Positions 30,010 through 40,175 of a DNA stretch of 64,000 bases are shown here, one piece after another (the stretch's first letter is position 1; every line of letters begins with the position of its first letter). The stretch is from an uncultured cyanobacterium. GTDB taxonomy: Bacteria; Cyanobacteriota; Cyanobacteriia; CAKZMO01. Made by a program: the position numbers and the translations under genes. The notes under the pieces are model-generated. The model did not search any database, had not been told where the DNA came from, and saw only the letters and a list, made by a program, of their open reading frames with translations. The stretch is taken from NCBI GenBank assembly GCA_963719515.1, contig CAVRCJ010000003.1, forward strand, positions 256,001 through 320,000. Reading direction: 5' to 3'.

Positions 30010-30956
30010 CTAAGTTGACGCTCACAGATATATCCATTTCTTTTATTTCTGCTCAATAAATTTGGTTGGGTCAGGACAATGCGCTGAGTCAAGCTGTGAG
30101 CGTTGAGTAAAGAGTTGACGAAGGACCCCTCTTCAAAAAGCGATGCTGGGGCAACTTTCAACTGAGAATCTTTCCGAGGTTGAACCAGAACTGTTTTTGA
30201 AAAGCGCCCTGGCAAAGTTCGGACGAGATTTATCTACAGCGGCAGTTGCTGTAGATACGCTTGTTTAGAGCCGGTTGAGGAAACCTTTCTTAAAAATCGC
30301 CGTCATGACAGGTGTATTGCTCAAAAGGCTTGATAAAGAGCCGAAAACGTGCATTACGCAGCATCTATCGCTACCATCACGGAAACCAAGGTAGAAACAC
30401 GGGGATAACGAGCTAAGAGCGCCCCGACTGCCCGAAGCAGCTCCGAGTTTGTCAATAGTTTTACTGAGCTTCTGGGCGCAAGCACAAAGAGGGCCAAAGG
30501 GGTTTCCCAAGGCAACAGCCTTCTATTGCCGGGATCTTTAAAATCTTCTCCCGGAACAACATTGGCCTTTCAGCGTCCAACGTAGCTAGCAACAGGGCAT
30601 CTCAAAAAATCAGCATCTCCGTAGAGAACAGGCCCGACAGCTAATTTGTTTTATCTGCCCTATTGCTTGAAATAGGGTTTCTAGCTCGAAGCGCCGCGTA
30701 GGCGATAGGGCGCGTCATTGTCCTGATGCATCAAGACAATCGGCAAAAAGATTTACGCATCAACCGCAATCAGGAGCCCTGCCAGTTTGGACGATTCTGG
30801 CACTCAGCTTTGCTTGGGCAGCTCTGACGAGTCAGTCCATTGCCTCGTGGCCTCCGGATAGGCCGCCTGCCAATGGACAGGCTTGCACCAAAGATAATCG
30901 CCTCCTGCTGTATGGCAGGCGAGCACTGCAACACGACCATAAGGATTCTTCACGCT

Positions 30957-33900
30957 ATGAACATGCAAGCTCATCATTCATCTGGAATGGCCCACGCTGA
31001 CAACCCCGCCAAGCAAAAAGAGCACATGGCGGTGCTGGACTTGGTGAAGCATGGTGACGCCACTCACGTCGCTGTCAAAAATGGAAACTGGTCTGATGCC
31101 AGCACCTGGAGGGGGGGGAAGGTTCCTGGAAATGGTGCCAAGGTATTGATTGGCGACAACCTGAACGTTAAGTACGACGCCCAAAGCGACGCTCGCCTAA
31201 AGACCATTCGCGTCGACGGTCAGCTCGACTTTGCCACCCAACAAAATACCAAAATGGTGATTGACACCTTTGTGGTGTCACCCAGCGGCACGCTTACCGT
31301 CGGCACCAAGCAGAATCCCGTTGCGGGCAACGTTGACGCTGAAATTTGGATTGCAGACAACGGCAAGATTGACCGCAGGTGGGATCCCACTCAGATCAGC
31401 CGAGGCCTTATCTCCCATGGTGAAGTAGAGATCTATGGGCAAGAGAAAGCGAGCCACGTAAAGGTCTCCAAAAACGCAATGGCGGGGGACCAAGAGCTGG
31501 TTCTTGGCGAGGCACCAAAGAACTGGCAGGTAGGCGACTCCCTCGTCCTGACGGGAACTAAGCACGTTCCGAGCAAGTGGAATCCGCAAAAGCGCGAGAT
31601 GGAATGGCAGGGCACTCAAGATGAGGAGCTCACGATCAAAGCGATTAACGGCAACCGCGTTACCCTCGATCGCCCTTTGACCTACGACCACGACACGCCG
31701 CGCAGCGACCTCAAAGCCTACGTCACCAACTTCAGCCGCAACGTCTCGATTACTAGTGAGAATGCCGACCGGCTGCCGTCTAATCAGCGGGGCCACGTCA
31801 TGTTCATGCACTCCGACGATGTGGACGTGCGCTATGCCGAGTTTCGCGAGCTGGGCCGTAGCGATAAATCAATCCGGTTTGACGATTTTCGCACCACGAG
31901 CAACGGCACCCGCATCCTAGACGGTAAGGGTAATACGCAGGCCGGCCCTTCAAACAATATTCGAGGGCGATACGCCGTTCACTTCCACCGCTCTGGGGAC
32001 GACATCAGCGGTGAGCCGGCACGCGCCGTCGGTAACGCCGTTTGGGGATCTCCCGGCTGGGGCTTCGTGAACCACGATAGCCACGTAGTGATGGAAAAAA
32101 ATGCCGCCTACGACGTATTCGGCTCTGCCTTCGTGACCGAAACCGGCAACGAGACCGGCGCGATGCGCAACAACATTGCCATCAAGTCCGAAGGGGCTGT
32201 CGAGATTGCCAAAGAGGGAACCCGTAACCACGATATAGCCCGCAACGGCGTGGGCTTCTGGTTCCAGGGCCGTCTGGTAGAGAACGAAAATAACGTTGCT
32301 GCAGGCCAGCGTCATGCCGGTTCAGTCTATCTGCTGCGGGGCGAAGACCAAATGGACGTGGCCACCAGCAATCTAGACTTTCCTGAAACAGCTCGGTATC
32401 AAGACAAGCTGCTGAACGGGCGTCCGCATATTGAGAGCTTTAAGAACAACGAAGTATTTGCGACCAACAAAGGGCTAGAAGTCATCAAAGCCAATCCCAA
32501 CCAGGGGCATGACGCTCGCAGCGTCATTGATGGCCTCAAGGCTTGGGAGGTTCGTACCGGAACGCACCTGGAATATACCAGCAAGTACACGCTTAAGAAC
32601 CTTGACTTCGTGGGAGCCGAAAAGGATGGCAAGGTGGGCATCAGCTTCGGCAACAATGCTGAAGACATGGTGGTCAACGGGGCTAAGGTCAAAGGCTTTG
32701 GCGTCGGGATAGCGACGACAAAGAAGCATACCTTTGGTAAGCTCGACGACTGGAGCTATGCCTTTGTTGATGCTGATATTGACGGCAAGAAAATCAACAT
32801 TGATGGGAAAGATCGATTTCTTTCGGGTAATGACCTCAACAAAGGCCGCTTGAAGCTAGACGTCAACAGCAACACCGATTTTCACTTCAACGGACGGGAA
32901 GACGTCAACATCAACGGGACGAAGACGGACAGTATCGGCTCTCGCCGCTACTGGTCGGGTACCGACTCTTACGAAATTAAGGCGTCTGGTATACGGAATC
33001 GCATCAAGCAGGGCTACTATACCGACAAAAACGGGACGCCTTTCTTTACGGTTGAAGAGCGCATTGCCGATCGCGCTACGGGAGAAACCACCAAACTCGA
33101 GTATGTTTTCACCATCGACCAAAGTCAGAAGGGCTTACTGGACGGGGCTCGTAAGCTAGGCACCTACGGTGGCACCGTGCAGCGGGGACTTGCTCAAGGT
33201 GGGCTTAAGTCGTTCATTGACAGCACGTCTGGAGGGAGTCAGGGTGGAAAAACAAACTCCGATGGCGATATGGACCATAGCGATATGGACCACGGCGGTA
33301 TGGACCACGGCGATATGGGCGATGCTCCCAGCCCCGACGCCGGCCCAGCACCTTCTGGGGACATAGACCAGGGCGATATGGGTGATGACATGGGCGACAT
33401 GGGCGATGACATGGGCGATGACACGGGCGACATGGGCGACATGGGCGATGTGGATTCAGAGCCGGGCGACACGCCAGCTCCTGGCCCTGATGCTGGCCCA
33501 GTGACCGATAACAGCGTTGAAGACGATGCCAATGGCAGCGGAGACGACGGCGCTGGTGCGGCTCCGCCTTCGAGCCCTACTGGAGAGTCTATTCGCATAG
33601 AAGCCGAGGACATGGACCTCGACGGCTATCGCGTTGAGAACAATGGCCGTCTATCGGGTGAGCAGCTGATTAGCTTTGTCAACGGCGGCTCTGCCGAGAC
33701 CGGTAGCGCTAGCACGACTTTCGACGGACCGGCGGGAACCTACGACGTTGTCGTCTCTTATATCGATGAAAACGACGGGCAAGCGGGCTTAGAAGCTAAG
33801 CTCAACGGCCAGTCTCTCGATGCTTGGCAGCTTGACCAAAACCTGGGAGATGGCTACATCACTGACCGCACCCAAACTCAGCGCACTGTAGGCGATCGCG

Positions 33901-35273
33901 TCTCCCTTGCCCCTGGCGATCGCATCGAGATCGTGGGTCAGGAGCAGGCCAACGAGCATGCCCGAGTTGACTACTTGGAGCTGATTCCTGTAGAAGCCGA
34001 TTCTGCCAACGACCCGCCCAATACGGCAGGCGAGGATGGCGGGACCGATGGTGAGGCGACGGATGGTGAGGCGACGGATGGTGAGGCGACGGATGATGTA
34101 ACCGATGTCAGCACCGATACTCCTATCAGCGACCCTGCGGCTCCTACCCCCGACGTCGAAGATAATGCAGACGATGGCCCCTCCAACGAGACACCAGAGC
34201 CTAGCAGCGAGCCTGACCCAGCGCTAGATGACGCTGTAAATGGGGCCAGTGAAAGCAGCGATGCCCCAAGCCCCTCCCCAGATACAGCCCCGTCTGATCC
34301 GATGCGTATAGAAGCTGAGGATATGACCCTCGACGGCTACCGCATTGAGAACAATGGCACCTTCTCTGGCCAAAAAGCCATCAGCTTTGTCGGCCAGCAG
34401 TCTGGGGAGTCCGGCAGCGCCAGCACGACCTTTGATGGCCCAACCGGCACCTACGATGTCGTTGTCTCCTATACCGATGAAACCGACGGCAACGCTCGCC
34501 TAGAGGCGAAACTCAACGGCAGCTCTCTTGAAGCCTGGCAGTTTGACCAAGATCTGGGTGACTCCTTCATTAGCTCCCGCAACCAGGTGCAGCGTACCGT
34601 TGCCGAGGGCGTCACCCTAGAAGCGGGCGATCGCATCGAGATCGCTGGGCAGGAGCAGGGCAATGAGCATGCTCGGGTTGACTACGTGGAGCTGATTCCC
34701 GTTCAGGGCAGCGCGGCGAGCGATTCTGGCGCTGATGCGGGTGCCCTAGCCGGGTCGCAGGGTTCCGGTTCTCAGGCTCCAGCTGCAGCTCAGGTGCTCA
34801 AATCGCCGGTCCAGCTGCAGGGCTCAACTTGGAAGGCGATTCCCATCGACTACCAGGTGACCCCAAACACCGTCATGCAGCTGGAGTTCCGCAGTGGCGC
34901 AGAGGGCGCAATCCACGCCATTGGTCTCGACACCGATGCCTTTGTAGACGCGTCGGACCGCAGCGAGCTAGTGCAGCTGTCCGGGACGGAGAATTGGGGA
35001 ATTGAGGGCTTTGACTACGTCACTAGCTCTGGCTGGCAAGCTTACGACATCCCTGTGGGTCAATTTACTAGCGAGGGCGCAGCTTACCTCTCGTTGTTGA
35101 CGGTTAACGGCGAAGATGGCGGTGACGCAATGAGCGAATTCCGCAACGTTCGTCTGTCGGAATCGCTGGGTAGCGACACTCTGCCGGCTGCGAACGTGAT
35201 GGCCGATCCGCTAGCGGCATCTTCTACTGATGATCCTAGCCTAATGGCAATGGCGGCCGACTCTACATTTTAG
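30957..35273 (+). CDS. Large G8-domain protein with a predicted parallel beta-helix region, two CBM-like repeats and acidic low-complexity linkers
   Basis: G8 signature GNWSDASTWRGGKVP...IRVDGQL...GTLTVGT; NFSRNV, RGHVMFMH, FRELGR, GRYAVHFH; duplicated IEAEDM..GY...ARVDY module. Start uncertain (30957 vs 30840). Confidence 0.8.
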   Translation: MNMQAHHSSGMAHADNPAKQKEHMAVLDLVKHGDATHVAVKNGNWSDASTWRGGKVPGNGAKVLIGDNLNVKYDAQSDARLKTIRVDGQLDFATQQNTKMVIDTFVVSPSGTLTVGTKQNPVAGNVDAEIWIADNGKIDRRWDPTQISRGLISHGEVEIYGQEKASHVKVSKNAMAGDQELVLGEAPKNWQVGDSLVLTGTKHVPSKWNPQKREMEWQGTQDEELTIKAINGNRVTLDRPLTYDHDTPRSDLKAYVTNFSRNVSITSENADRLPSNQRGHVMFMHSDDVDVRYAEFRELGRSDKSIRFDDFRTTSNGTRILDGKGNTQAGPSNNIRGRYAVHFHRSGDDISGEPARAVGNAVWGSPGWGFVNHDSHVVMEKNAAYDVFGSAFVTETGNETGAMRNNIAIKSEGAVEIAKEGTRNHDIARNGVGFWFQGRLVENENNVAAGQRHAGSVYLLRGEDQMDVATSNLDFPETARYQDKLLNGRPHIESFKNNEVFATNKGLEVIKANPNQGHDARSVIDGLKAWEVRTGTHLEYTSKYTLKNLDFVGAEKDGKVGISFGNNAEDMVVNGAKVKGFGVGIATTKKHTFGKLDDWSYAFVDADIDGKKINIDGKDRFLSGNDLNKGRLKLDVNSNTDFHFNGREDVNINGTKTDSIGSRRYWSGTDSYEIKASGIRNRIKQGYYTDKNGTPFFTVEERIADRATGETTKLEYVFTIDQSQKGLLDGARKLGTYGGTVQRGLAQGGLKSFIDSTSGGSQGGKTNSDGDMDHSDMDHGGMDHGDMGDAPSPDAGPAPSGDIDQGDMGDDMGDMGDDMGDDTGDMGDMGDVDSEPGDTPAPGPDAGPVTDNSVEDDANGSGDDGAGAAPPSSPTGESIRIEAEDMDLDGYRVENNGRLSGEQLISFVNGGSAETGSASTTFDGPAGTYDVVVSYIDENDGQAGLEAKLNGQSLDAWQLDQNLGDGYITDRTQTQRTVGDRVSLAPGDRIEIVGQEQANEHARVDYLELIPVEADSANDPPNTAGEDGGTDGEATDGEATDGEATDDVTDVSTDTPISDPAAPTPDVEDNADDGPSNETPEPSSEPDPALDDAVNGASESSDAPSPSPDTAPSDPMRIEAEDMTLDGYRIENNGTFSGQKAISFVGQQSGESGSASTTFDGPTGTYDVVVSYTDETDGNARLEAKLNGSSLEAWQFDQDLGDSFISSRNQVQRTVAEGVTLEAGDRIEIAGQEQGNEHARVDYVELIPVQGSAASDSGADAGALAGSQGSGSQAPAAAQVLKSPVQLQGSTWKAIPIDYQVTPNTVMQLEFRSGAEGAIHAIGLDTDAFVDASDRSELVQLSGTENWGIEGFDYVTSSGWQAYDIPVGQFTSEGAAYLSLLTVNGEDGGDAMSEFRNVRLSESLGSDTLPAANVMADPLAASSTDDPSLMAMAADSTF
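33261..33450 (+). repeat. Coding repeats encoding (D/G)MDH x3 and GDMGD(D) tracts
   Basis: Repeated atggacca(t/c) and gacatgggcga(t/c) units. Confidence 0.85.
33591..34703 (+). repeat. Internal duplication of a 402-bp (134-aa) module at 33591-33992 and 34302-34703, plus 3 x 15-bp GATGGTGAGGCGACG (34047-34091)
   Basis: The two translated copies align without gaps from RIEAEDM to ELIPV. Confidence 0.9.
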
Positions 35274-35324
35274 TTGACGTTCTAATTCGAGTTGCGTAAC
35301 CGCAATCCTAGTTGACAGAAACTC

Positions 35325-35375
35325 ATGGGCAGCAGGTAAGGAGGGGCCATCCCCCCTTTCCCTGTTGCCCATTTT
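35325..35375 (+). terminator. Stem-loop terminator between the convergent G8 and Rrf2 genes
   Basis: ATGGGCAGCAGG...CCTGTTGCCCAT followed by TTT. Confidence 0.65.
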
Positions 35376-35476
35376 GCTTATGGGTGATGTGTTGGGCATC
35401 GAGTGGTTAGAGATTAATCTGCGCCGACACGGCTCGCTCAAGAAATAGCGTTGCTGGCAAAGCGGACTTAAATTGT

Positions 35477-35920
35477 TTAAACAATAAAACTTGTTGCTTC
35501 CCCTTGCGCTGCTTGGCGACTGCGAGCATCGTAGTATAAATCTTCGAGAGAAATACTGTATATTGCCTCATTTAGCTTTTGATGGAGTCGCTGCCATAGC
35601 CGTTGGGTAACCCAATCCTCCGCGTGCTCCAAGATATCAGATGACAACACAGGGGCTTCAACGGCTTCCCCCATCGCCTCTAAAATTTGTCCGATATAAA
35701 TTTTATCTGGCGAACGTTTTAGTTGATATCCGCCCTGAGCCCCCCGAAGTGAATTAACGATCCCTTTACGCCTCAGCTCAATTAAAAGTTTCTCCAGGTA
35801 GGGGGCCGGTATGCTCTGCCGCTGAGCGATCGCGTTCACCGACGCGGGTCCATAGTTAGGCTGTAGACTGAGGTCGAGCAGCGCCTTGACGCTGTAATGG
35901 CCGCGAGTTGTTAGCTTCAT
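35477..35920 (-). CDS. Rrf2-family transcriptional regulator (cysteine-free)
   Basis: MKLTTRGHYSVKALLDL, YLEKLL, SLRGAQGGY. Confidence 0.9.
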   Translation of the reverse strand: MKLTTRGHYSVKALLDLSLQPNYGPASVNAIAQRQSIPAPYLEKLLIELRRKGIVNSLRGAQGGYQLKRSPDKIYIGQILEAMGEAVEAPVLSSDILEHAEDWVTQRLWQRLHQKLNEAIYSISLEDLYYDARSRQAAQGEATSFIV

Positions 35921-36321
35921 TGACGTAAATTCGCCGACAGAATACTGAAATTCTATCTCAGCATAGGCTCGATACAGGCTCGACATGGACTCAATGTTAA
36001 TCGCTAAGTCGATAGAAGGAGACGCGATGCTGCGGTTTTCTTGCCTGACCCGACGATGAAGTTCGGGGTTTCCATTTCCTCAGCAATACCCTGGCGTTGC
36101 TCTAACAGTATTGCTCTAGTGAAATAGTGATGCAAACTGTTAGCCTTTCAGGTAATATAGAATGCGATCGCTAGAATAAAGCCGCAGTCATACTATGAAT
36201 TTTGATAGTATATTTTGCCTGCATTGTTAAAACACCATTAATTTGGCTAGCGTTGCGGCGCAAGAGCTGCGCCTTTACTTAAACTGTTGAATGATTTCGT
36301 TGAGTGATTACAAAGACATTA

Positions 36322-36702
36322 ATGGCTAGAAAGAAACTTGAACCTCTTGTTGGCGAAACCCTGTTGCAAAGAGTCAAAGACCTAGGTGAACTGACTAAAG
36401 AAGAGAAGGCAAAGGCCTGCGGCTACTTTACGATTACCAAGAGCGGCGTCGAGCGCGTCAATATGATGCGGTTTCTAAACGCTCTGATTGACGCTGAAGG
36501 TATTGATCTTGACAGTAAGCAGAGCAAAAACGGTCGCGGCGGGCGAAGCGCTAGCTACCGGATTACCGTTCAATCTAACGGCAACCTGCTCATCGGCTCG
36601 GCCTACACGAAGCAGATGGAGCTTGAACCCGGTGATGAGTTTGAAATTACGCTGGGGCGTAAGCACATTCATCTCAAACAGATCACCGAGGACGAGGAGT
36701 AG
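36322..36702 (+). CDS. Cyanobacterial AbrB-like regulator (cyAbrB)
   Basis: AKACGY, GRSASYRITVQSNGNLLIGSAYTKQM, FEITLGRKHIHL. Confidence 0.92.
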   Translation: MARKKLEPLVGETLLQRVKDLGELTKEEKAKACGYFTITKSGVERVNMMRFLNALIDAEGIDLDSKQSKNGRGGRSASYRITVQSNGNLLIGSAYTKQMELEPGDEFEITLGRKHIHLKQITEDEE

Positions 36703-36769
36703 GCCTAGATGGCTGTAGGACAGCCTGTAGTCAAGATTCCACAGGTCGTTTATAGCTACAGGTGGAGCC

Positions 36770-36816
36770 GCTGAAGATTGTCCCTCCCGCCGGGGAGAAA
36801 TCTTCAGCTCGGCTTT
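36770..36816 (+). terminator. Stem-loop after cyAbrB
   Basis: GCTGAAGATT...AATCTTCAGC arms with downstream T-rich sequence. Confidence 0.55.
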
Positions 36817-36934
36817 GCTTGTTTATGGCAACCTAGTTTCCAAGTAAGAGAAGGCTGAGAGTATTTACTATACTGGGTTTGGGTTGCTCGGGTTTTGATA
36901 TCAAGACCCGATTCGTAGGACTCTACCTCAAGCT

Positions 36935-39436
36935 ATGGCTAAAGCTATGGACTCATCTTCTGGCGCGACCTCCAGTCCTCCCCCTTCTGGGGGCACTCGC
37001 CACGACGATCGCCTACAGCAGGGCGCAGCAGCTTTGGCCAAACAAGACTATCGGGCGGCGATCGCGTTACTGACGTCGGTGCTCGATGAGGCTCCCTCTC
37101 CATCCGCAGTCCGACGTGCTCAGGTTGGACTCGTCAAAGTTTATCAGCGTCAGGGGCGGTGGTCTGAAGCGATCGCCCACTGTCAGCCCCTGCTGAGCTC
37201 TTCCCACGGCCCCACGCGCGATTGGGGCCATCAGGCTCTCAAAGCGCTGCAGTCAGAACGCCAAAAGGCGACCCTAAAAGAGTCCGCGTCTTCGCAAAGC
37301 GCGGTGCGACGCCAGCCAGCGGTAAAACAGTCAGCAGTCGAAACGGGGTTTGTGCCCCTGCCCATAGCCAGTGAGGCTTCAGGGCCTGTACCCGCGTCGA
37401 AGGTGCAGCCTGATGGCGGGGCGTCGCGCCGCGCTGATTCCACAGCTAGTGCTTTCGATGCTGGTGCGGCGAGCGTTGAGCCTACCGATCTCGCTTGCGA
37501 CTCCGATAGCCCCGATGACCCAGGAGCGGAGGGTCTCCCTGCCCCACCTCTCGTCACGCCTCCCCCCGCCCCGCCAAAGCAGGCGAGACCCGAAGCGGTT
37601 CAAAAGCAGGCTGCGTCAAAACGGCGCTCTCCCCTTTCGCTGCCCTGGCGGCAGGCCGGCCGGGCCCAGCGCTGGACGCCGCTTCCCTGCGCTTCAGCCT
37701 TCGAGCAGGGTGTTGTTTCGGCCTGGACCCTGCTCAGTTTAGTTGCCCTTATCAGCGGACTGCTGCAGCTGCTGATGGCAGTGGGCAATCCCATTCGCTG
37801 GCGCTTGATGCAGTTTGTCTTGATGCCCCGCTGGCCTTGGCTAGAGCAGTCTCCAACGGCAATCGCGGCGGGCGCTTTGCTGGTGGTATGGATAGCATCT
37901 CCCTGGATACTGCAGGGAATTTTGCAACTTCAGGGGGCAAAACCGATATCTGCCGAGCGGCTGACACAGCTTAGCCCAGAGACAGGCCGGCTATTGAAGC
38001 GTCAGTTTCTGCCTCGGCGGCTGTACAGCCTGCCACTGCGATCGCCTCTGGTGCTGAGCTTTGGACTCCACCCCAAGCTATCGTGGCTAGTGGTCAGTGA
38101 GGGGCTGCGCCAGCTCAGCGATGAGGCGATCGCGGCGCTCGTGGCGGTGGAGCTAGCTCACCTGCAGTCTTGGACGACCCCCTGCCTAACGGTGGCGGTG
38201 GCGATCGCCCAGATCCCCTACACTCTCTACTGGAGCTTTTCGGCCTGGGGGAATCGCCAGTCCTTCCCCCCGCTGCGGGGCCTTTTTGAGGTTCTGGCAG
38301 CCCTGTGCTACGGGCTGTTTTGGCTGTTTCGCTGGCCTAGCCTATGGCTCTCGCGCTGGCGACGCTGGGAGAGCGATCGCCTTGCCGCTGGCCTTACGGG
38401 GAATCCCAATGCCTTGGCCCGAGCGCTAGTAACGGTTTCCGCCGCGTCGGTCGCCGAACGGCGGCGTGACCCAGAGATTGGTCGTCTCGATGGGCTATCT
38501 CCTTTGCTGCCGGTGGACCCCGAGGCCGCGCTGCCCCTAGGGGTGCTCACCCGCCAGACGCTACTTGAGGCGGACTTTTATGCCCTGCTGCGCCAGCGGC
38601 TGCGGTGGCCCTGCCCGCCTCGCTATCGCCGCTGGCTGACCCTCAATTGCACCCACCCCCCCCTTGACGAGCGTCTGCGAGCGCTCATGACGCTGGCAGC
38701 GCGCTGGCAGCTGGAGCCAGAAATTCCCCAAATCGATGCCCCCGCCCCTGACTCCCTTTCCCTCAATTCGCCTGGCGCTAATTCACTGGGTTCGGCGCTT
38801 TCTTTTTCCGAAATGCTGCTGCAAACGGCACCCTACTGGGGGGGGATTGCCGGAGCGGTACTGGCTCTGGCGCTGTGGGGAGTGGGGGGTATCGCCGGAC
38901 GGCAAAGCCCGCTGGGCTGGCTGTGGGGAGACCGCGCTATTCTCCAGGGGCTGACGGTGATCGGGGTCAGCATGGGGCTGCTGGCGAGGGTCAACCGCTA
39001 CTTCCCCGACATTCCGTCAGCGGCAGGACGCGCCGACCTCGCTTCGCTCCTGGGTACTCGCGGTGCACCGGTTCAGGCCGTGCCTGTGGTCTTTCAGGGC
39101 AAGCTTATCGGAGGGCACGGGCTGAAAAATGCTCTCTCACAAGACCTGCTGCTCGACACTAGCGACGGGCTCATTCGCCTGGCTTACACCTCAGCGCTAG
39201 GTCCGGGGGGAAACCTGTTTTTGGGCCAGTCCCCTGCTGCCCTCCTTGGCCGAACCGTGACCGTCACGGGTCGGTTTCACCGAGGGGCCACAGCTTGGGT
39301 GGATGTCGACCGCATTGGCCTGACGAGCAGTCCCGCAGGGCGCACCTGCTCGGCGAATCACCCCATTTGGTCTATCCTCGTGGCCTTTGGGCTAGCGCTG
39401 TGGGGCGCTTGGACGATTTATCAGGGCGGCGCTTAG
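36935..39436 (+). CDS. TPR + M48/HtpX-like membrane protein with a degenerate Zn motif
   Basis: N-terminal TPR; LVVSEGL, VELAH (HExxH position), SDRLAAGLTGNPNALARAL, THPPLDERL; several TM segments. Confidence 0.75.
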   Translation: MAKAMDSSSGATSSPPPSGGTRHDDRLQQGAAALAKQDYRAAIALLTSVLDEAPSPSAVRRAQVGLVKVYQRQGRWSEAIAHCQPLLSSSHGPTRDWGHQALKALQSERQKATLKESASSQSAVRRQPAVKQSAVETGFVPLPIASEASGPVPASKVQPDGGASRRADSTASAFDAGAASVEPTDLACDSDSPDDPGAEGLPAPPLVTPPPAPPKQARPEAVQKQAASKRRSPLSLPWRQAGRAQRWTPLPCASAFEQGVVSAWTLLSLVALISGLLQLLMAVGNPIRWRLMQFVLMPRWPWLEQSPTAIAAGALLVVWIASPWILQGILQLQGAKPISAERLTQLSPETGRLLKRQFLPRRLYSLPLRSPLVLSFGLHPKLSWLVVSEGLRQLSDEAIAALVAVELAHLQSWTTPCLTVAVAIAQIPYTLYWSFSAWGNRQSFPPLRGLFEVLAALCYGLFWLFRWPSLWLSRWRRWESDRLAAGLTGNPNALARALVTVSAASVAERRRDPEIGRLDGLSPLLPVDPEAALPLGVLTRQTLLEADFYALLRQRLRWPCPPRYRRWLTLNCTHPPLDERLRALMTLAARWQLEPEIPQIDAPAPDSLSLNSPGANSLGSALSFSEMLLQTAPYWGGIAGAVLALALWGVGGIAGRQSPLGWLWGDRAILQGLTVIGVSMGLLARVNRYFPDIPSAAGRADLASLLGTRGAPVQAVPVVFQGKLIGGHGLKNALSQDLLLDTSDGLIRLAYTSALGPGGNLFLGQSPAALLGRTVTVTGRFHRGATAWVDVDRIGLTSSPAGRTCSANHPIWSILVAFGLALWGAWTIYQGGA

Positions 39437-39446
39437 AGGACAGCCT

Positions 39447-40037
39447 ATGCGATCGCCCGAAGTACATCGGCTGAGCTATGCCGTTCTGGCCCTCATCGTC
39501 ATGCTTACGCTCTTCACCCTTTTGGTAACTGCCCTCTGGTTTCGCCTAGCCGCCGTACACCGTCAGGTTCCCAACCCCGAAGGGATTTTGGTGCTGGGCG
39601 GTGATCTGACCCGAGAGCGCCAGGCAGCCCAAATGGCCCGGACCCTCCCGCAGCTGCCCGTCTGGGTCTCCACGGGCGTCTCCAACACTCTATCTCGAAG
39701 GGTATTTCAAGCCGCTAACGTGCCCCTAACCCAGGTTCACCTCGACCGCCGCGCCGTGGATACAGTCACCAACTTCACGAGCCTGGTATCGGAGTTTCAG
39801 CAGCAAGGCGTTCGCCATCTCTACCTGGTCACCTCCGACTACCACATGCGCCGCTCCCAAGCGATCGCCTTTTTCGTGCTTGGCAGCCGGGGCATTGCCT
39901 TCACCTCCGTTTCTGTGCCGTCGGAGCAGCCGCCAGAATCGCTGCTGCGGATCGGGCGGGATGTGGGGCGAGCGGTGTTTTGGCTGGCCACGGGGCACAC
40001 GGGGGCAGGGTTGCACAATACGCCGCTAGATCTCTGA
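39447..40037 (+). CDS. YdcF/DUF218-family protein
   Basis: ILVLGG, AVDTVTNF, LVTSDYHMRRS. Confidence 0.88.
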   Translation: MRSPEVHRLSYAVLALIVMLTLFTLLVTALWFRLAAVHRQVPNPEGILVLGGDLTRERQAAQMARTLPQLPVWVSTGVSNTLSRRVFQAANVPLTQVHLDRRAVDTVTNFTSLVSEFQQQGVRHLYLVTSDYHMRRSQAIAFFVLGSRGIAFTSVSVPSEQPPESLLRIGRDVGRAVFWLATGHTGAGLHNTPLDL

Positions 40038-40175
40038 GCGCTGAGCCTCTAAGCCGCAGAGCTTCAAGGTATGGTATTTGAGTAAGCGATATTCTCGTGG
40101 CGATCGCCCATAAGCAGGTTACTTCTGATCAAGCCCCCCCGCAGCCTACCGGAGCGCCTCAGCAAAACCCGCTTC

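Noticed and set aside
30824..30880. Hammerhead-like CTGACGAG
   Set aside because: No correctly placed GAAA/stem III core follows
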